64,000 nt of DNA from an uncultured delta proteobacterium (GTDB taxonomy: Bacteria; Myxococcota_A; Polyangia; Polyangiales; Polyangiaceae), in NCBI GenBank assembly GCA_963716725.1, contig CAVQUB010000008.1:256001-320000 (forward strand). The letters are read 5' to 3'. The notes beneath the pieces are model-generated. The model was not told the origin of the DNA. It saw nothing but the letters and a program-made list of their open reading frames with translations, and searched no databases. Both the position numbers and the translations under genes were made by a program. Below, in pieces: positions 30,904-45,130 of this stretch; position 1 is the stretch's first letter, and each line of letters starts with the position of its first letter.

Positions 30904-32745
30904 TCAGGCTTCGGCTTCGCCTTCGTCGCCGTACATCGCTTCGGCGATCTCGAAGGTCGCGTTCTCGAGCGTCGAGTACGTGTCTCGGAGCGTGGCCAAA
31001 TCCGCGCTGGCATCGATGGCGGTCTTGAGCGCCTTGAGCTTCTCGCTGACCCCGGCGACCTTCTCGGGACCCAGGAGGTCCCCGTAGCCTTCGAGCGCCT
31101 GCTCGGTGGTGTAGATCAGCGTGTCGCACTGGTTCTTCATCTCGGCCATGTCACGACGGAGCTGATCGGTCTCTTTGAACTTCTCGCCCTCTTGGACCAA
31201 ACCGTCGATCTCCTCCTGATCGAGCCCGCTGGTGGGCGTCACGCTGAGGCCCTGGGCCCGGTTGGTGCCCAGGTCTTTGGCTTCGACCGAGAGGATGCCG
31301 TTGGCGTCGATGCGAAACGTCACCTGAATCTTCGGCACTCCGCGGGGCGCGGGCGGGATGCCCGACAGCTCGAAGCGCGCCAGGCTGCGGTTGTTGGCCG
31401 CCATCTCACGCTCGCCCTGCAGCACGTGAATAGGCACGAAGTTTTGATTGTCGACGCTGGTGGTGAAGATCTCGCTCTTCTCGGTTGGGACCGTGGTGTT
31501 GCGTGGGATCAGCCGCGTGAACACACCGCCGCCGGTCTCGACGCCAATGGACAGCGGGGTGACGTCGAGCAGGAGCACCTCGTCGATGGCGCCGCCGAGC
31601 GCTGCCCCTTGCAACGCCGCGCCCATGGCCACGACCTCGTCCGGGTTGACGCCTTTGTGTGGGTCCTTTCCGAATAGATCTTTCACGGCCTTCTGCACCG
31701 CCGGCATTCGAGTCATGCCGCCGACCAAGACGATTTCGTCGATCTTGTCCGCCGTGACCTTGGCATCGGCCATCACCAGCTTGCACGAGGCGATGGTGCG
31801 TTCCACCAGCTCGCGGGTCAGCTGTTCGAGCTCGTTTCGCTTGAGCTTGCGCTCCAGGTGGAGCGGCCCCGCCTTTCCCGTGGCGATGAACGGGATGTTG
31901 ATGTCGGTCTCGAGCGACGACGAAAGCTCGTGCTTGGCGCGCTCGGCGGCTTCTTTGAGGCGCTGCAGGGCCATGCGGTCCTGCTTCAGGTCGATCCCGG
32001 TCTCGGCCGCGAAGTCTCTGGCGAGCAGGTCGATCAGGAGTTGGTCGAAGTCTTCCCCACCCAGGTGGGTGTCGCCGCCGGTGGCCTTGACGTTGAACAC
32101 GCCGTCGGAGATTTCCAGAATCGAGACGTCGAAGGTGCCGCCACCGAGGTCGTACACCACGATGCGTTGGGCTTGCTTCTTGTCGAGCCCGTAGGCGAGG
32201 GACGCTGCCGTAGGCTCATTGATGATTCGCCGAACGTCGAGGCCAGCGATGCGGCCGGCGTCTTTGGTGGCCTGGCGCTGTGCGTCGTCGAAGTACGCGG
32301 GGACGGTGATCACCGCTTCGGTGACCGGCTCCCCGAGGTGCGCCTCGGCGATTTCTTTGATGGTCGAGAGCACCACCGAGGAGATCTCCGGGGGGGACAT
32401 GGGCTTGCCCTGGACTTCCGCCCAGGCGTCCCCGTTCGGCGCCCTGACGACTCGGTAGGAGACCCCTTGGGCGTGACGGGTGACGTCCGCGTCGTCGAAC
32501 TTCCGCCCCATCAGACGCTTCATGGCGTAGACGGTGTTCTCCGGGTTGGTGGTCGCTTGCCGCTTGGCCACCTGCCCGACCAGGCGCTCCCCGCTGGCGG
32601 TCAAGGCCACGACCGACGGCGTCGTCCGCGCACCGTCGGCGTTGGGGATCACCTTGACCTCGGTTGCCCCCGCAGCGTTGGTTCCCTCGAGGACGGCGAC
32701 GCACGAGTTGGTCGTCCCGAGGTCGATGCCGATGATCTTGCCCAT
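30904..32745 (-). CDS. dnaK: Hsp70 chaperone DnaK
   Basis: [54 protein letters not shown] and PAPRGVPKI. Confidence 0.97.
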   Translation of the reverse strand: MGKIIGIDLGTTNSCVAVLEGTNAAGATEVKVIPNADGARTTPSVVALTASGERLVGQVAKRQATTNPENTVYAMKRLMGRKFDDADVTRHAQGVSYRVVRAPNGDAWAEVQGKPMSPPEISSVVLSTIKEIAEAHLGEPVTEAVITVPAYFDDAQRQATKDAGRIAGLDVRRIINEPTAASLAYGLDKKQAQRIVVYDLGGGTFDVSILEISDGVFNVKATGGDTHLGGEDFDQLLIDLLARDFAAETGIDLKQDRMALQRLKEAAERAKHELSSSLETDINIPFIATGKAGPLHLERKLKRNELEQLTRELVERTIASCKLVMADAKVTADKIDEIVLVGGMTRMPAVQKAVKDLFGKDPHKGVNPDEVVAMGAALQGAALGGAIDEVLLLDVTPLSIGVETGGGVFTRLIPRNTTVPTEKSEIFTTSVDNQNFVPIHVLQGEREMAANNRSLARFELSGIPPAPRGVPKIQVTFRIDANGILSVEAKDLGTNRAQGLSVTPTSGLDQEEIDGLVQEGEKFKETDQLRRDMAEMKNQCDTLIYTTEQALEGYGDLLGPEKVAGVSEKLKALKTAIDASADLATLRDTYSTLENATFEIAEAMYGDEGEAEA

Positions 32746-32793
32746 GAGGAACCCGAGCTTACCCCGTCGCGCGTCCCGGGGAATAGCCGCGAA

Positions 32794-33393
32794 TCAGCCC
32801 GGTTCTTCGCCGTTGGCCGCGGGATCGGCGGTAGCGGGCGGTCCTTTCGAGACCACCACCATCGCGGGTCGCAGCAGGCGTTCGCCCTGCCGATAGCCGG
32901 CTTGAACCTCGGCGATCACCGTGCCCATGGGCTGATCCGGAGATTCGAGCTGTTGGATCGCCTCGTGGACGGAGGGGTCGAAGTGCACCCCCAGCGACAC
33001 GACGCGCTCGATCCCGAGTTTCCCGAGCGCATCCAAGAACTGGCGCGACACCATGCGAATGCCGTCCGCCAACGCCTGAACATCGGTTGCCGAGTCAGCG
33101 TGCTGCATCGCGCGCTCGAGATTGTCGAACACCGGCAGCAGGTCCTTGAGCAGCTCTTCCCGTCCGCGGATCTCCGCGTCGTTGACCTCGCGACGGCTGC
33201 GCTTGCGGAAATTGTCGAAGTCCGCGGCGGTGCGCAGCAGCTGGTCCTTCAGCTTGACTGCTTCCGCCTTGGCCTCCGCAACGGGATCGGGCGGGGTTTC
33301 CACGGGTTCATCGGCGTCGTCGGCCCGGGCCCCGTCCTCGCCCGCGCCATTGGTCCCCTCGTCGACCTGTTCTTCGGAGTTTTCGTCAACCAC
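32794..33393 (-). CDS. grpE: Nucleotide exchange factor GrpE
   Basis: [32 protein letters not shown] and GY...[11 protein letters not shown]. Confidence 0.96.
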   Translation of the reverse strand: MVDENSEEQVDEGTNGAGEDGARADDADEPVETPPDPVAEAKAEAVKLKDQLLRTAADFDNFRKRSRREVNDAEIRGREELLKDLLPVFDNLERAMQHADSATDVQALADGIRMVSRQFLDALGKLGIERVVSLGVHFDPSVHEAIQQLESPDQPMGTVIAEVQAGYRQGERLLRPAMVVVSKGPPATADPAANGEEPG

Positions 33394-33431
33394 GACCCAG
33401 TTCTATAGCGAAAAGCGCCAATCTCGCAAAC

Positions 33432-34466
33432 TCATGGGCGTGCCTGCTGGGGCGCCCGAGCGCAGGGAGCTTGTCGGAGCGCGACGAGCACTCCTCCCGA
33501 CGAACGCTGGTCCCGGGCGGAGGGGGGCGGATTCGGCGAAAACCAGGTGTCCACCCTCCGAGGAAGCACCCAAAAGCGCCCCTGTCCAACCAGCGGCTCG
33601 ATCCGCGTGCCCCGGGCCGCGTGGCGTCCATAGCCAGATTCTTCGAGCCAAAAGCAGTGCGAAGGGCTCTGCGGCGCAAAGAGGTGGGTCGACCCGCCTC
33701 GGAGGGTGACGCGGGTCGAGACCACGTTTCCAGCCTGCGTCGTGCTCGTCAGCTCGTGATCACCCCCGGGCATCCGAAGCTCGGCGCCAGCCGTGGGGTT
33801 CTCCGCGCTGCTGGCGTCCAGCGCTGCGATCGTCCGGCCATCGAGCGCGATGGTGAGCCGACCTTCCGTCAGGTTCAACACCCGCACCAACGGGTGATGG
33901 AACATCCACCCGCTGGGAGCGCCGATTAGCGCCACCAACGGGCCGGCCACGAGCCAAACGGCGAAACGGGGTTCCGAGCCCCGGGACGCCTCGATGGCCG
34001 CTCCCGTCTGCGTCGCCAGCGCCTCCGCAAATCTCGGGCTCGTGCAGCAGATTCGGCCCCCCGACAGCCACCACGCGGCGCGCTCAGCCGCGCTGTGCCC
34101 GGGCTTTGGGCGACGCGGAAGCGCGCGGAACGAGAGGGGCAGACAGGCGCAGATCAGCACCGCCGCCAGGTGAGCCGGCAAGCTGAGTGAAGGCCAGGCC
34201 ATGGGCAAAGCCAAGGCCATGGTCGCAGCGACGAGGCACGAGCCGACCGAGGCCGCCAGCCCTCTCGTAGTCGCTGCACTGGCGTGCCGTAGGCACTGCA
34301 CACAATACGGAACCAGGAGCTCCCGGGGGCCGAGCCGCTCGGTGCGGGAGCTCGCTGCCGGAGCGGAGCAGCAGGCGCACGATCCCGGGGTCACGATCGC
34401 GACCGGGTCGAGTCTCAATACGCGTAAGTCGCTCCCGGAAGGCATCCACGAGTTCCGGCCGGCCAC
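33432..34466 (-). CDS. Hypothetical membrane protein with N-terminal CxxC pairs
   Basis: CACC...PYCVQC, three hydrophobic segments and a beta-rich C-terminus. Start uncertain. Confidence 0.6.
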   Translation of the reverse strand: MAGRNSWMPSGSDLRVLRLDPVAIVTPGSCACCSAPAASSRTERLGPRELLVPYCVQCLRHASAATTRGLAASVGSCLVAATMALALPMAWPSLSLPAHLAAVLICACLPLSFRALPRRPKPGHSAAERAAWWLSGGRICCTSPRFAEALATQTGAAIEASRGSEPRFAVWLVAGPLVALIGAPSGWMFHHPLVRVLNLTEGRLTIALDGRTIAALDASSAENPTAGAELRMPGGDHELTSTTQAGNVVSTRVTLRGGSTHLFAPQSPSHCFWLEESGYGRHAARGTRIEPLVGQGRFWVLPRRVDTWFSPNPPPSARDQRSSGGVLVALRQAPCARAPQQARP

Positions 34467-34530
34467 TCCTCCGGCGTTCCCTGGTACACTATGAGCCGCG
34501 CCCGACTATAGACCGCGGCAGCCCCATCCG

Positions 34531-36130
34531 ATGAGCGCAGTTTCGACCCCCGGCCGGATCGTGGCCAACAAGTACCGCCTGACCGAGCGCATCGGGGTCG
34601 GGGGCATGAGCGAGGTCTACCGCGCAGAGCAGCTCACGACGGGTCGCATCGTCGCGGTCAAGCTGCTCTTGCCGCACAAACTCGAGGACCCGAATTACGT
34701 CGCGCGCCTGTTTCAAGAGGCGCACTCCGGGATTCGGATGAGTCACCCTGGGATCGTCAACGTGCACGACGCTGGGCAGTCGGAATTTGGCCCCTACCTG
34801 GTCATGGACTTCCTCCTGGGTGAGAGCGCAGGACGACGGCTCTTCGACCACGGAAAGTACGCGCGGGCGGCGGCCATCGCTACGATTGCGGCGGTCCTCG
34901 ACGCGCTGCAGTCTGCACACGACACCGGGGTGGTTCACCGCGACATCAAGCCCGGCAACATCTTCTATTCGATCGAGGGGCCGCGGGACGTCCGAGTCAA
35001 GTTGCTCGACTTTGGCGTGGCCAAGGTGCTGTGGGCCGGCGCCGCCTCGGCACGCACCAACACCGGCGTCGTGATGGGGACCCCGGACTACCTCTCACCC
35101 GAGCAAGCGAGCGGCGAGCTTCACATCGACGGGCGCAGCGACGTGTTCGGCGCCGGCGTGGTGCTCTTCGAGTTCCTCACCGCGTCTCGTCCGTTCCACG
35201 CTCCCACGGCCGTGGCCACGGCCTACAAGGTCGCCCACTCACGCACGCCACTGCTCGTCGAGCGAGGGGGTCCCGCCGACCCCGCGCTGCAGGCGATCGT
35301 CAATCGCGCCCTGGCCAAGCGCCCGGAGGAGCGCTACCAAAGCGCCCGGGAGTTTGCCCGTGATCTCGAAGCGCTCGAGCCGGACCGCGCAGCGGTCAGT
35401 CAAGCGTTGCTCGAGCTGGTGAAGCCCGAGCGCTTCCTCGGGCGCAAGCGCGATAGGAGCGGCGAGCGGCCCGCCTCCCAGCCTGAGCCCTTCGTCCAGC
35501 CGACGCCGCCTTTTCCGGTCGGGTGGACCCCGCCGGCGGCCCTCGCCCGGGGCATCGAGCCGGCGCCGAGCGGCGCGAGGCAGGTCCGTGGCCTCGCGCT
35601 TCGGTCCGTCGATCAATACGTGCGCCAGGTCTTCGGCGACGAGGCCCGGCGGCGCGCCCTCGCGACCCTGCCCAGCGAAGTGGCGAAGGAGCTCGAATAC
35701 GACTCGATGCAGGCCATCGTGCTCTACGACGTCGAGGCGCTGAACCAGTACTGCCGGTCGGTGACACGTGAGGCAGCCATGGGAAGCGTCGGTTGGGCCC
35801 GCAGCGCCGGCGCTCACGCAGTCAGCGGCGACGTCGGCGCAGTTTTGAAGAACGCGCTCCGGTCCACGGACATCCCGCAGGTGCTTCGTCGCGTCCACCC
35901 CCTGCTGTCGCGCCTGTTCTCGTTTGGATCTTGGTCCCTCGAGGAAGGTGAGAATCGCTGCACGTTGCGCATCACCGACGCGGAGCCGCTCGCCGCGGAG
36001 CCACGGCTTTGGCTGGCCGGGGTGATCGACGGGGCGCTGTCAGTAGCCGGGGCCCGTGCTCGCGCGACGATCTCGCGGGGCGACGCCGCGCACTCAGCAC
36101 ACTGCGTCGATCGACGTCACGGCGTCGTGA
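34531..36130 (+). CDS. Ser/Thr kinase with C-terminal TIGR02265-like domain (as given, it reads through into uvrD; probable true stop TGA at 36128-36130)
   Basis: GVGGMS, VAVK, HRDIKPGN, DFG and GTPDYLSPE. The C-domain (QVRGLALRSVDQYVRQVFG...WLAGVIDGAL) resembles the 15309 protein. Removing one base near 36109 gives ...HCVIDVTAS*. Confidence 0.75.
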
Positions 36131-36171
36131 GCGCTGGTCCCGCTGGGCCGGTCGCGGTAGATCCGGGGCCG

Positions 36172-38439
<2,268 letters not shown>

Positions 38440-38529
38440 GCCTCGAGACGCTCGAGGGTGCGCGTCTTTGGCGAGCGGCGAGCTCGTCCATCAGCTTGGT
38501 GGTGTGCGGACAGCGTGGGCGTGCCGCTG

Positions 38530-38799
38530 TTACCTGCCATCGAGCTTTTCGACCCGATCCTCGAGCGTCGTGACACGGCCACTCACTCTGTCGAAGCCGC
38601 GCAGCATCTGCTCGGCAAACCACCCCATGCGCTCCTCGGTTCGCTTCTGCGCTTCCGCCAGGGCTCGCATCTCGACGGCCAGCTCTCGCACGGCCGCGTT
38701 GGTTTGTTGCAGTCCCTCGGACAGTCCGACCTGCCCCTCGGCCAGGCGAACCATGGCGTTCTCGAGAGTGTCGAACCGTTGCTTGGTTTCGGGATCCAT
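38530..38799 (-). CDS. Small coiled-coil hypothetical protein (89 aa)
   Basis: MDPETKQRFDTLENAMVRLAEGQ...LAEAQKRTEERM...RVTTLEDRVEKL shows a heptad pattern. Confidence 0.7.
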   Translation of the reverse strand: MDPETKQRFDTLENAMVRLAEGQVGLSEGLQQTNAAVRELAVEMRALAEAQKRTEERMGWFAEQMLRGFDRVSGRVTTLEDRVEKLDGR

Positions 38800-39024
38800 C
38801 ACTCGAAGCTTAGCCGGGACGTCGCTCGCCGGCACGCGAGGCCTGGAGACTACAAGTACGGCGCCGAATTCGACCGCGTTGCCCGCGGCGCCAGGGCGAG
38901 AGTCTCGAGCCGAGTCCGTCCACATTTGCCCGGGCGATCGGGTCCGTCACAAGCAGTTCGGGCGTCGCGTGGTCGAGCGCCTCGCAAACGATGGGGCTCG
39001 GGTGAGGGCGCGCTTCTGCGACGA

Positions 39025-39513
39025 TCACTGCATGCAGGACTCGACGCAGCTCGCAAAGCTCGCGCATTGCGGCTTGCCGTATAGTGAGCAGTTCTGCTTC
39101 ACCTCGATCAGAACGGAGCCCGCAATCGGCTTCTTGATGATGCAGTCGGCACACGACGCCTCGATGTCTTTGTCGGCGCACATGTTCGGGCAGTACGCGG
39201 TGCAGGACGTGTTGCTGCAGACGAAGTCTTTCAGTTTCGTGATGAACGCCAGGTAGCCGTCGTTGTCGTTGGTTCGGCAGCAGTTCACGCAGGCGAACTG
39301 AACCTTCTGCATGCACGCTCCGCCGCCGTCCATGCTGCCGCCGCCGGAGCCGCCGCCGCTCTGACCACCGGCCCCACCGCCGCCCTGGCCGCCGGAACCA
39401 CCGACGCCGCCGGTCGAAGCGCCCCCGCTGCCTTCATTCACGCTGGACGAGGAGCAGCTCAGGGTACTCGCGAGGGCAGCTGCCGCGATGCTCGCAGATC
39501 GCATCCATCTCAT
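39025..39513 (-). CDS. Gly-rich, Cys-rich lipoprotein
   Basis: Lipobox TLSC, a poly-Gly linker and a Cys-rich C-domain with several CxxC motifs. Confidence 0.75.
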   Translation of the reverse strand: MRWMRSASIAAAALASTLSCSSSSVNEGSGGASTGGVGGSGGQGGGGAGGQSGGGSGGGSMDGGGACMQKVQFACVNCCRTNDNDGYLAFITKLKDFVCSNTSCTAYCPNMCADKDIEASCADCIIKKPIAGSVLIEVKQNCSLYGKPQCASFASCVESCMQ

Positions 39514-39559
39514 CAGCCCAGCATAGCCGAGCGCGGGCGACCTCGCGCAAGCAATCGAC

Positions 39560-40283
39560 TCAAGCGTGCACGTCTTCGCCGAGGTACGCCGCTCGGATGC
39601 GCGGGTCCTGCTTGAGTTCTTTGCAGGTGCCGGAGAGCACGATCTCTCCGGTCACCAGCACGTAGGCGCGGTTCGCGGTCTCGAGCGCGAGGCGCGTGTT
39701 CTGCTCGACCAGCAAGATGGTGATGCCGCTGGCGGCGATCTCCGCGATGGCCGCGAACACCTCCTGCACGATCTTGGGTGCCAAGCCGAGGCTCGGCTCG
39801 TCCAAGAGCAAGAGCTTGGGCTCGGCCATGATCGCCCGGGCGATGGCCAGCATCTGCTGTTCGCCTCCGCTGAGGGTGCCGCCCTCTTGGCCGAGGCGCT
39901 CGCCCAGACGGGGGAAGAGCTGCACGCAACGCGCGAGGGCGCGCTTCTGGTGCGCGGGGTCGCGGCGCAAGAAGCCACCGAGTTGCAGGTTCTCGCGCAC
40001 GGTCAGGTTGCCGAAGATGGCCCGCCCCTCGGGCACGAGCGCCACTCCCTCTGCCACGATCCGGTGCGTTGGCTTGCCCTTGATGTCGCTGCCGAAGATC
40101 TTCACGCTGCCCGTCTTGAGCGGCACGAGCCCGACGATGCTCTTGAGCGTGCTGGTCTTGCCGGCGCCGTTGGCGCCGATCAGCGTGACGATCTCGCCCT
40201 GATCCACCTTCAGCGAGATGCCCTTGACCGCCGCGATGCCGCCGTAGCTGACCCGTGCGTCTTCGAGCTCGAGCGCCGTCGAA

Positions 40284-40291
<8 letters not shown>
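39560..40291 (-). CDS. livF: Branched-chain amino acid ABC transporter ATP-binding subunit
   Basis: GANGAGKT, LSGGEQQMLAIARA, LDEPSLGLAP and VEQN. Confidence 0.93.
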
Positions 40292-41119
<828 letters not shown>

Positions 41120-41123
<4 letters not shown>

Positions 41124-42193
41124 TTCGCGCCGGCTTTCTTGGTGAACATCGAGAGCGAAAGCTCGCGGGTCCCGAGCAGACCCTGCGGGCGAACGATCAT
41201 GATCACGACCAACAAGAGCGCGTAGAGGACCAGCCGGTACTCCTGCAAATCGCGCATCAGCTCCAGGCTCACGGCCAAGAAGATGCCGCCGATGACGGCG
41301 CCGGAAATCGAGCCCAAGCCCCCGATGATGATCATCACGATCATGTCGATGGACTTCTCGAACTTGAAGTCCTCGGGGCGGATCCCGCTCTGCATGTGAG
41401 CGAACAGGCCGCCGGCGATGCCAGCGGTGGCGGCGCTGATGGTGAACGCCGTGACCTTGAGCCGGGTGGTCGGCGTGGCCATGGCCTCGGCGGCGATCTC
41501 GTCCTCGCGGATGGCGATCAGCGAGCGCCCGCTCTGCGAGAAGGTGATGTTGCGCACGATCACGATCACGATCACGACCCAGACGTAGACCCAGAAGAAG
41601 CTGGTATAAGTTGGCAGCCCCGCGGGGTTGTCGCCAAAGTACCCGGTCGCAGAGCCGAGGGCCTTGGTGTTGTTGAACACCAAACGGATGATCTCACCGA
41701 AGCCGAGGGTCACGATGGCGAGGTAGTCACCCTTCAAGCGCAGGCTCGGTACGCCCACGACGAGGCCGGCGGCTCCGGCTAACGCCGCGCCGATCAACAG
41801 CGCGACGTTGAAGACCACGCCCTCAGCGATGGCGCCGGTGCCGAGCGCCGCGGTCACCGTCGGCGCGAGCTGCACTCCGAAGTACGCCGTCGCGTAGGCG
41901 CCCACCGCCATGAAGCCAGCGTGGCCAATCGAGAACTGGCCGGTGGTGCCGTTGATCAGGTTCAGGCCGACGGCCAGGATGATGTTGATGCCGCAGAGCA
42001 GCACGATGCGCTGCACGTATTCGATGAGTCCGGCCTGAACACCCAGGCCGATGCCCCAGATGCCAGCGACGATCGCGGTCGAGACGGCGACGCGGATCAG
42101 CCAGTGCTTCATGCCGAGCACCCCTCCGGGTGTACCCCTCCGGGTACTTTCCAGGATCGTCACGACGCGCGTCCTCTCGGGCGGGGCCATCAC
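41120..42193 (-). CDS. livM: Branched-chain amino acid ABC transporter permease
   Basis: GQFSIGHAGF, RLKGDYLAIVTLGFGEI, AIREDEIAA and IIGGLGS. Confidence 0.92.
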
Positions 42194-43107
42194 ACCTTCT
42201 CCTGACGCACTACGCCGAGGATGCCTTCCGGGCGCAGGATCAAGACCACGATCAAGATCACGAAGGTGATCGCGTCCCGGTAGTCCGGGCTCAGATAGCC
42301 AGCGACCAACTGCTCGGCCAGACCGATCAGGAGCCCGCCGAGCACCGCGCCCGGCACGTTGCCGATGCCGCCGAGCACCGCGGCGACGAAGGCCTTGAGC
42401 CCGGTGAGCGTGCCCATCAGCGGGTTGATGGTGATCTGATCGAGACCGAAGAGAATGCCGCCCGCGGCGGCCAAACCCGAGCCGATGGCGAAGGTGGCGC
42501 TGATGGTGCGATTGGTGTCGATGCCCATCAACTTGGCGGCGTCCAGGTTGACGCTCACGGCGCGCATGGCCCGCCCCGTCCAGGTGCGCTGCACCAGGTA
42601 CCAGAGCCCCACCATCAGCACGATGGTGACGATGAAGATCGTGAGCTTGATGTTGGTGACGATCACGCCGCCGAGCTCAAAGCGTACTTCCTTGATGATG
42701 GGCGGGTAGCGCCGCGGATTGGGCGTGAAGATCAGCATGCCCAGGTTCTGCAAGAGCAGGCTCACGCCAATGGCGGTGATCAGCGGAGTCAGGCGCGGCG
42801 CAGTGCGCACCGGGCGGTAGGCGAGGCGCTCGATGGTCACGCCGAGCAGCGCGGAGACCGACATGGCGGCGACCAACACCGCCACGGCCAGGTAGATCGG
42901 GAAGGCCACGCCCCGCTGCTCCATGCTCTCGATGCCCAGAGCGCCGGCGCTGTAAAACCCGGTGTATGCGCCCACCATGAAGACCTCGCTGTGCGCGAAG
43001 TTGATCAGCTTCAAGATGCCATAGACCATCGTGTAGCCCAGAGCGATCAGGGCGTAGATGGACCCGAGCGAGAGGCCGTTGATGATCTGCTGGAAGAACT
43101 GACTCAC
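42190..43107 (-). CDS. livH: Branched-chain amino acid ABC transporter permease
   Basis: GSIYALIALGYTMVYGILKLINFAH, GRAMRA and KAFVAAVLGGIG. Confidence 0.93.
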   Translation of the reverse strand: MSQFFQQIINGLSLGSIYALIALGYTMVYGILKLINFAHSEVFMVGAYTGFYSAGALGIESMEQRGVAFPIYLAVAVLVAAMSVSALLGVTIERLAYRPVRTAPRLTPLITAIGVSLLLQNLGMLIFTPNPRRYPPIIKEVRFELGGVIVTNIKLTIFIVTIVLMVGLWYLVQRTWTGRAMRAVSVNLDAAKLMGIDTNRTISATFAIGSGLAAAGGILFGLDQITINPLMGTLTGLKAFVAAVLGGIGNVPGAVLGGLLIGLAEQLVAGYLSPDYRDAITFVILIVVLILRPEGILGVVRQEKV

Positions 43108-44273
43108 GGCTGGACGGTCGCGGCGAACTTGGCCTTCCCGCCCTCGATCTTCAGCACGACGGCGCTCTTCTGAGCGTTGCGCTGCGGGTCGATGGTGATG
43201 GAGCCCGTGACGCCCTCGAAGTTCTTGGTGTCGGCGATGGCGGCGCGGACCGCGTCGGTGTCGGTCTTGCCGGCGCGCTTGATGGCGTCCACGAGCACCG
43301 CCGCGGCGTCGTAGCCGAGGGCGCCGAGGCCGGTGGGTTCCATCCCGTACTTGGTCTTGAAATCGGCCACGAACTTCTGCGCCTTGGGCGTGGCCGCATC
43401 GGGCGCGAAGTGGTTGGAGAAGTACGAGCCGTTGATGGCGTCGCCGCCGATCTTGAACAGATCCGGCGCGTCCCAGCCGTCGCCCCCGAGCAGGGGCAGC
43501 TTCACGCCCAGGCGCTCGGCCGTCCGCGCGATGGAGCCCACCTCGGCGTAGTAACCCGGCACGAAGATGGCCTGGGCATCGGTGTTCTTGATCGCGGTGA
43601 CCTGCGCCGAGAAGTCGGTGTCGCCCTGGCCGTAGGACTGCTCGACGATGATCTTGCCGCCGATCTTCTCGAAGGACTCCTTGAAGGCGTCCGCGAGCCC
43701 GATCGAGTAGTCGTTCTTGATGTCCTTCAAGATGGCGACCTTCTCGACCTTCAGGGTGTCCTTGGCGAACTTCGCCATGGCTTTGCCCTGGAAGGGATCC
43801 AAGAAGCAGACGCGGAAGATGTAATCGCCGACCTCGGTGACCTTGGGGTTCGTCGATGAGGGCGAGACCATGGGGATCTTGCGCCGCTGCGCCACGCGAC
43901 CGCCGGCGAGCGAGAGGCTCGACGCCACTTCACCCAGGATGGCGGTGCTCTTCTCGACGTCGATCAGACGCGTGACGGCGTTGGCGGCTTCTGCCGAGTC
44001 GCCTCGGGTGTCGAGGGTCACGACTTTGATCTTCTTGCCCAAGACCCCGCCCGCCGCGTTCGCCTCGTCCACCGCCATTCGGATCGCTTTGTCGGTGTCC
44101 TGACCGAAGTGAGCGGTGCTGCCCGTCATCGAGGCGTAGTGCCCGAGCACGATCTCGGTCTGGCCTGCGCTCGAGCCCGATCCCGATCCGGAAGAACCGC
44201 CTTTGCACCCGGTGACCCCGAACAGCGCGACGGACGTTGCGGCGATGAACAGACTTCGGCGATCGAGACGCAT
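43104..44273 (-). CDS. livK: Branched-chain amino acid ABC transporter substrate-binding lipoprotein
   Basis: Lipobox VTGC, NAAGGVLG, FRVCFLDPFQG, DFSAQVT, GGDGWD and GVTGSI. Confidence 0.9.
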   Translation of the reverse strand: MRLDRRSLFIAATSVALFGVTGCKGGSSGSGSGSSAGQTEIVLGHYASMTGSTAHFGQDTDKAIRMAVDEANAAGGVLGKKIKVVTLDTRGDSAEAANAVTRLIDVEKSTAILGEVASSLSLAGGRVAQRRKIPMVSPSSTNPKVTEVGDYIFRVCFLDPFQGKAMAKFAKDTLKVEKVAILKDIKNDYSIGLADAFKESFEKIGGKIIVEQSYGQGDTDFSAQVTAIKNTDAQAIFVPGYYAEVGSIARTAERLGVKLPLLGGDGWDAPDLFKIGGDAINGSYFSNHFAPDAATPKAQKFVADFKTKYGMEPTGLGALGYDAAAVLVDAIKRAGKTDTDAVRAAIADTKNFEGVTGSITIDPQRNAQKSAVVLKIEGGKAKFAATVQP

Positions 44274-44473
44274 GGATCCCTCCAAATCGGCGGGCACGGC
44301 CCGCGAAGCGCGCGACGCTACCACAGGCCGCCGAGAACATGAGCCCGTGGTTGGGCGCCAGGGCTGTTCGACGCGCCCGTCCCGGGCCGAGTCGCCCCAG
44401 CCGCCGGTCCGGGGCCCTACCGGACGCCGCAACGCGCTCGCCGCAGCAACCCCGCCCTCCGGAGACCATTCTC

Positions 44474-45094
44474 TCAGGCCTTTCTGCAGACCACGTTGAT
44501 GAACGGGAGAGACCCGCCGCCACCCAAAGACTCATCTATCTCGGTAGATTCGACCAGCCCGTAGGGGCCGAACTCCCGCTCCACCGACTCGGCGTCGTAG
44601 AAATACATCGTCAGGTTGGGCAGGCGCTCGTACCAGTCGTCTCCGAGCCGGGTTCCTTGGCCGTACATCGGTGCTCGCTTGGAGAGGGCCGCGAAGATCA
44701 TGTGCCCACCGGGCGTGAGCTGGCGATGGCAGTCTCGAATGAGCTTCTCGCGTCCGTCGGCATCCAAGAGGTGGATGAGCCCGTAGCAGAAGATGCCGTC
44801 GTACTGCCGACGGTCGAAGGGCATGTTGGTTACCGAGCCGTGATGGATGGGGATCTGGAGTCCGACCTGGGTTCGAGCCAGAGCGATTGCCGTTTCGGAG
44901 ATCTCGATCCCGGAGACCGACATCCCGTGCTCGATGAACGGCTTCGCGTTCCTGCCGTAGCCAATACCCGGTATCAGCACATGCTTGACTCCCATTCGAG
45001 CGAAGTAGTCGCACGCAAAACCGGCGGAAGCGGTCGGCTCCAGGCCCCATAACAGCTGGTTCTCACGGAAGGTGGCCTCCCAGAGCTCGGTCAT
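44474..45094 (-). CDS. Class I SAM-dependent methyltransferase
   Basis: VLIPGIGYGRNA, GIEIS, GSVTNMPF, YDGIFC and LTPGG. Confidence 0.85.
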   Translation of the reverse strand: MTELWEATFRENQLLWGLEPTASAGFACDYFARMGVKHVLIPGIGYGRNAKPFIEHGMSVSGIEISETAIALARTQVGLQIPIHHGSVTNMPFDRRQYDGIFCYGLIHLLDADGREKLIRDCHRQLTPGGHMIFAALSKRAPMYGQGTRLGDDWYERLPNLTMYFYDAESVEREFGPYGLVESTEIDESLGGGGSLPFINVVCRKA

Positions 45095-45130
45095 GATGGT
45101 CTCGGCTCGAGCCTGGCCAAACCAGAGCGC

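Noticed and set aside
33484..33510. CIRCE-like AGCACTC upstream of grpE
   Set aside because: The right arm (GAACGCTGG) and the spacing do not fit TTAGCACTC-N9-GAGTGCTAA, and the site lies within the upstream CDS.
39330..39430. GCC/CCG-rich quasi-repeats here and near 49380, 56820-56970 and 58850-58945
   Set aside because: They encode the ordinary Gly/Ser linkers of myxobacterial lipoproteins and are not independent DNA elements.
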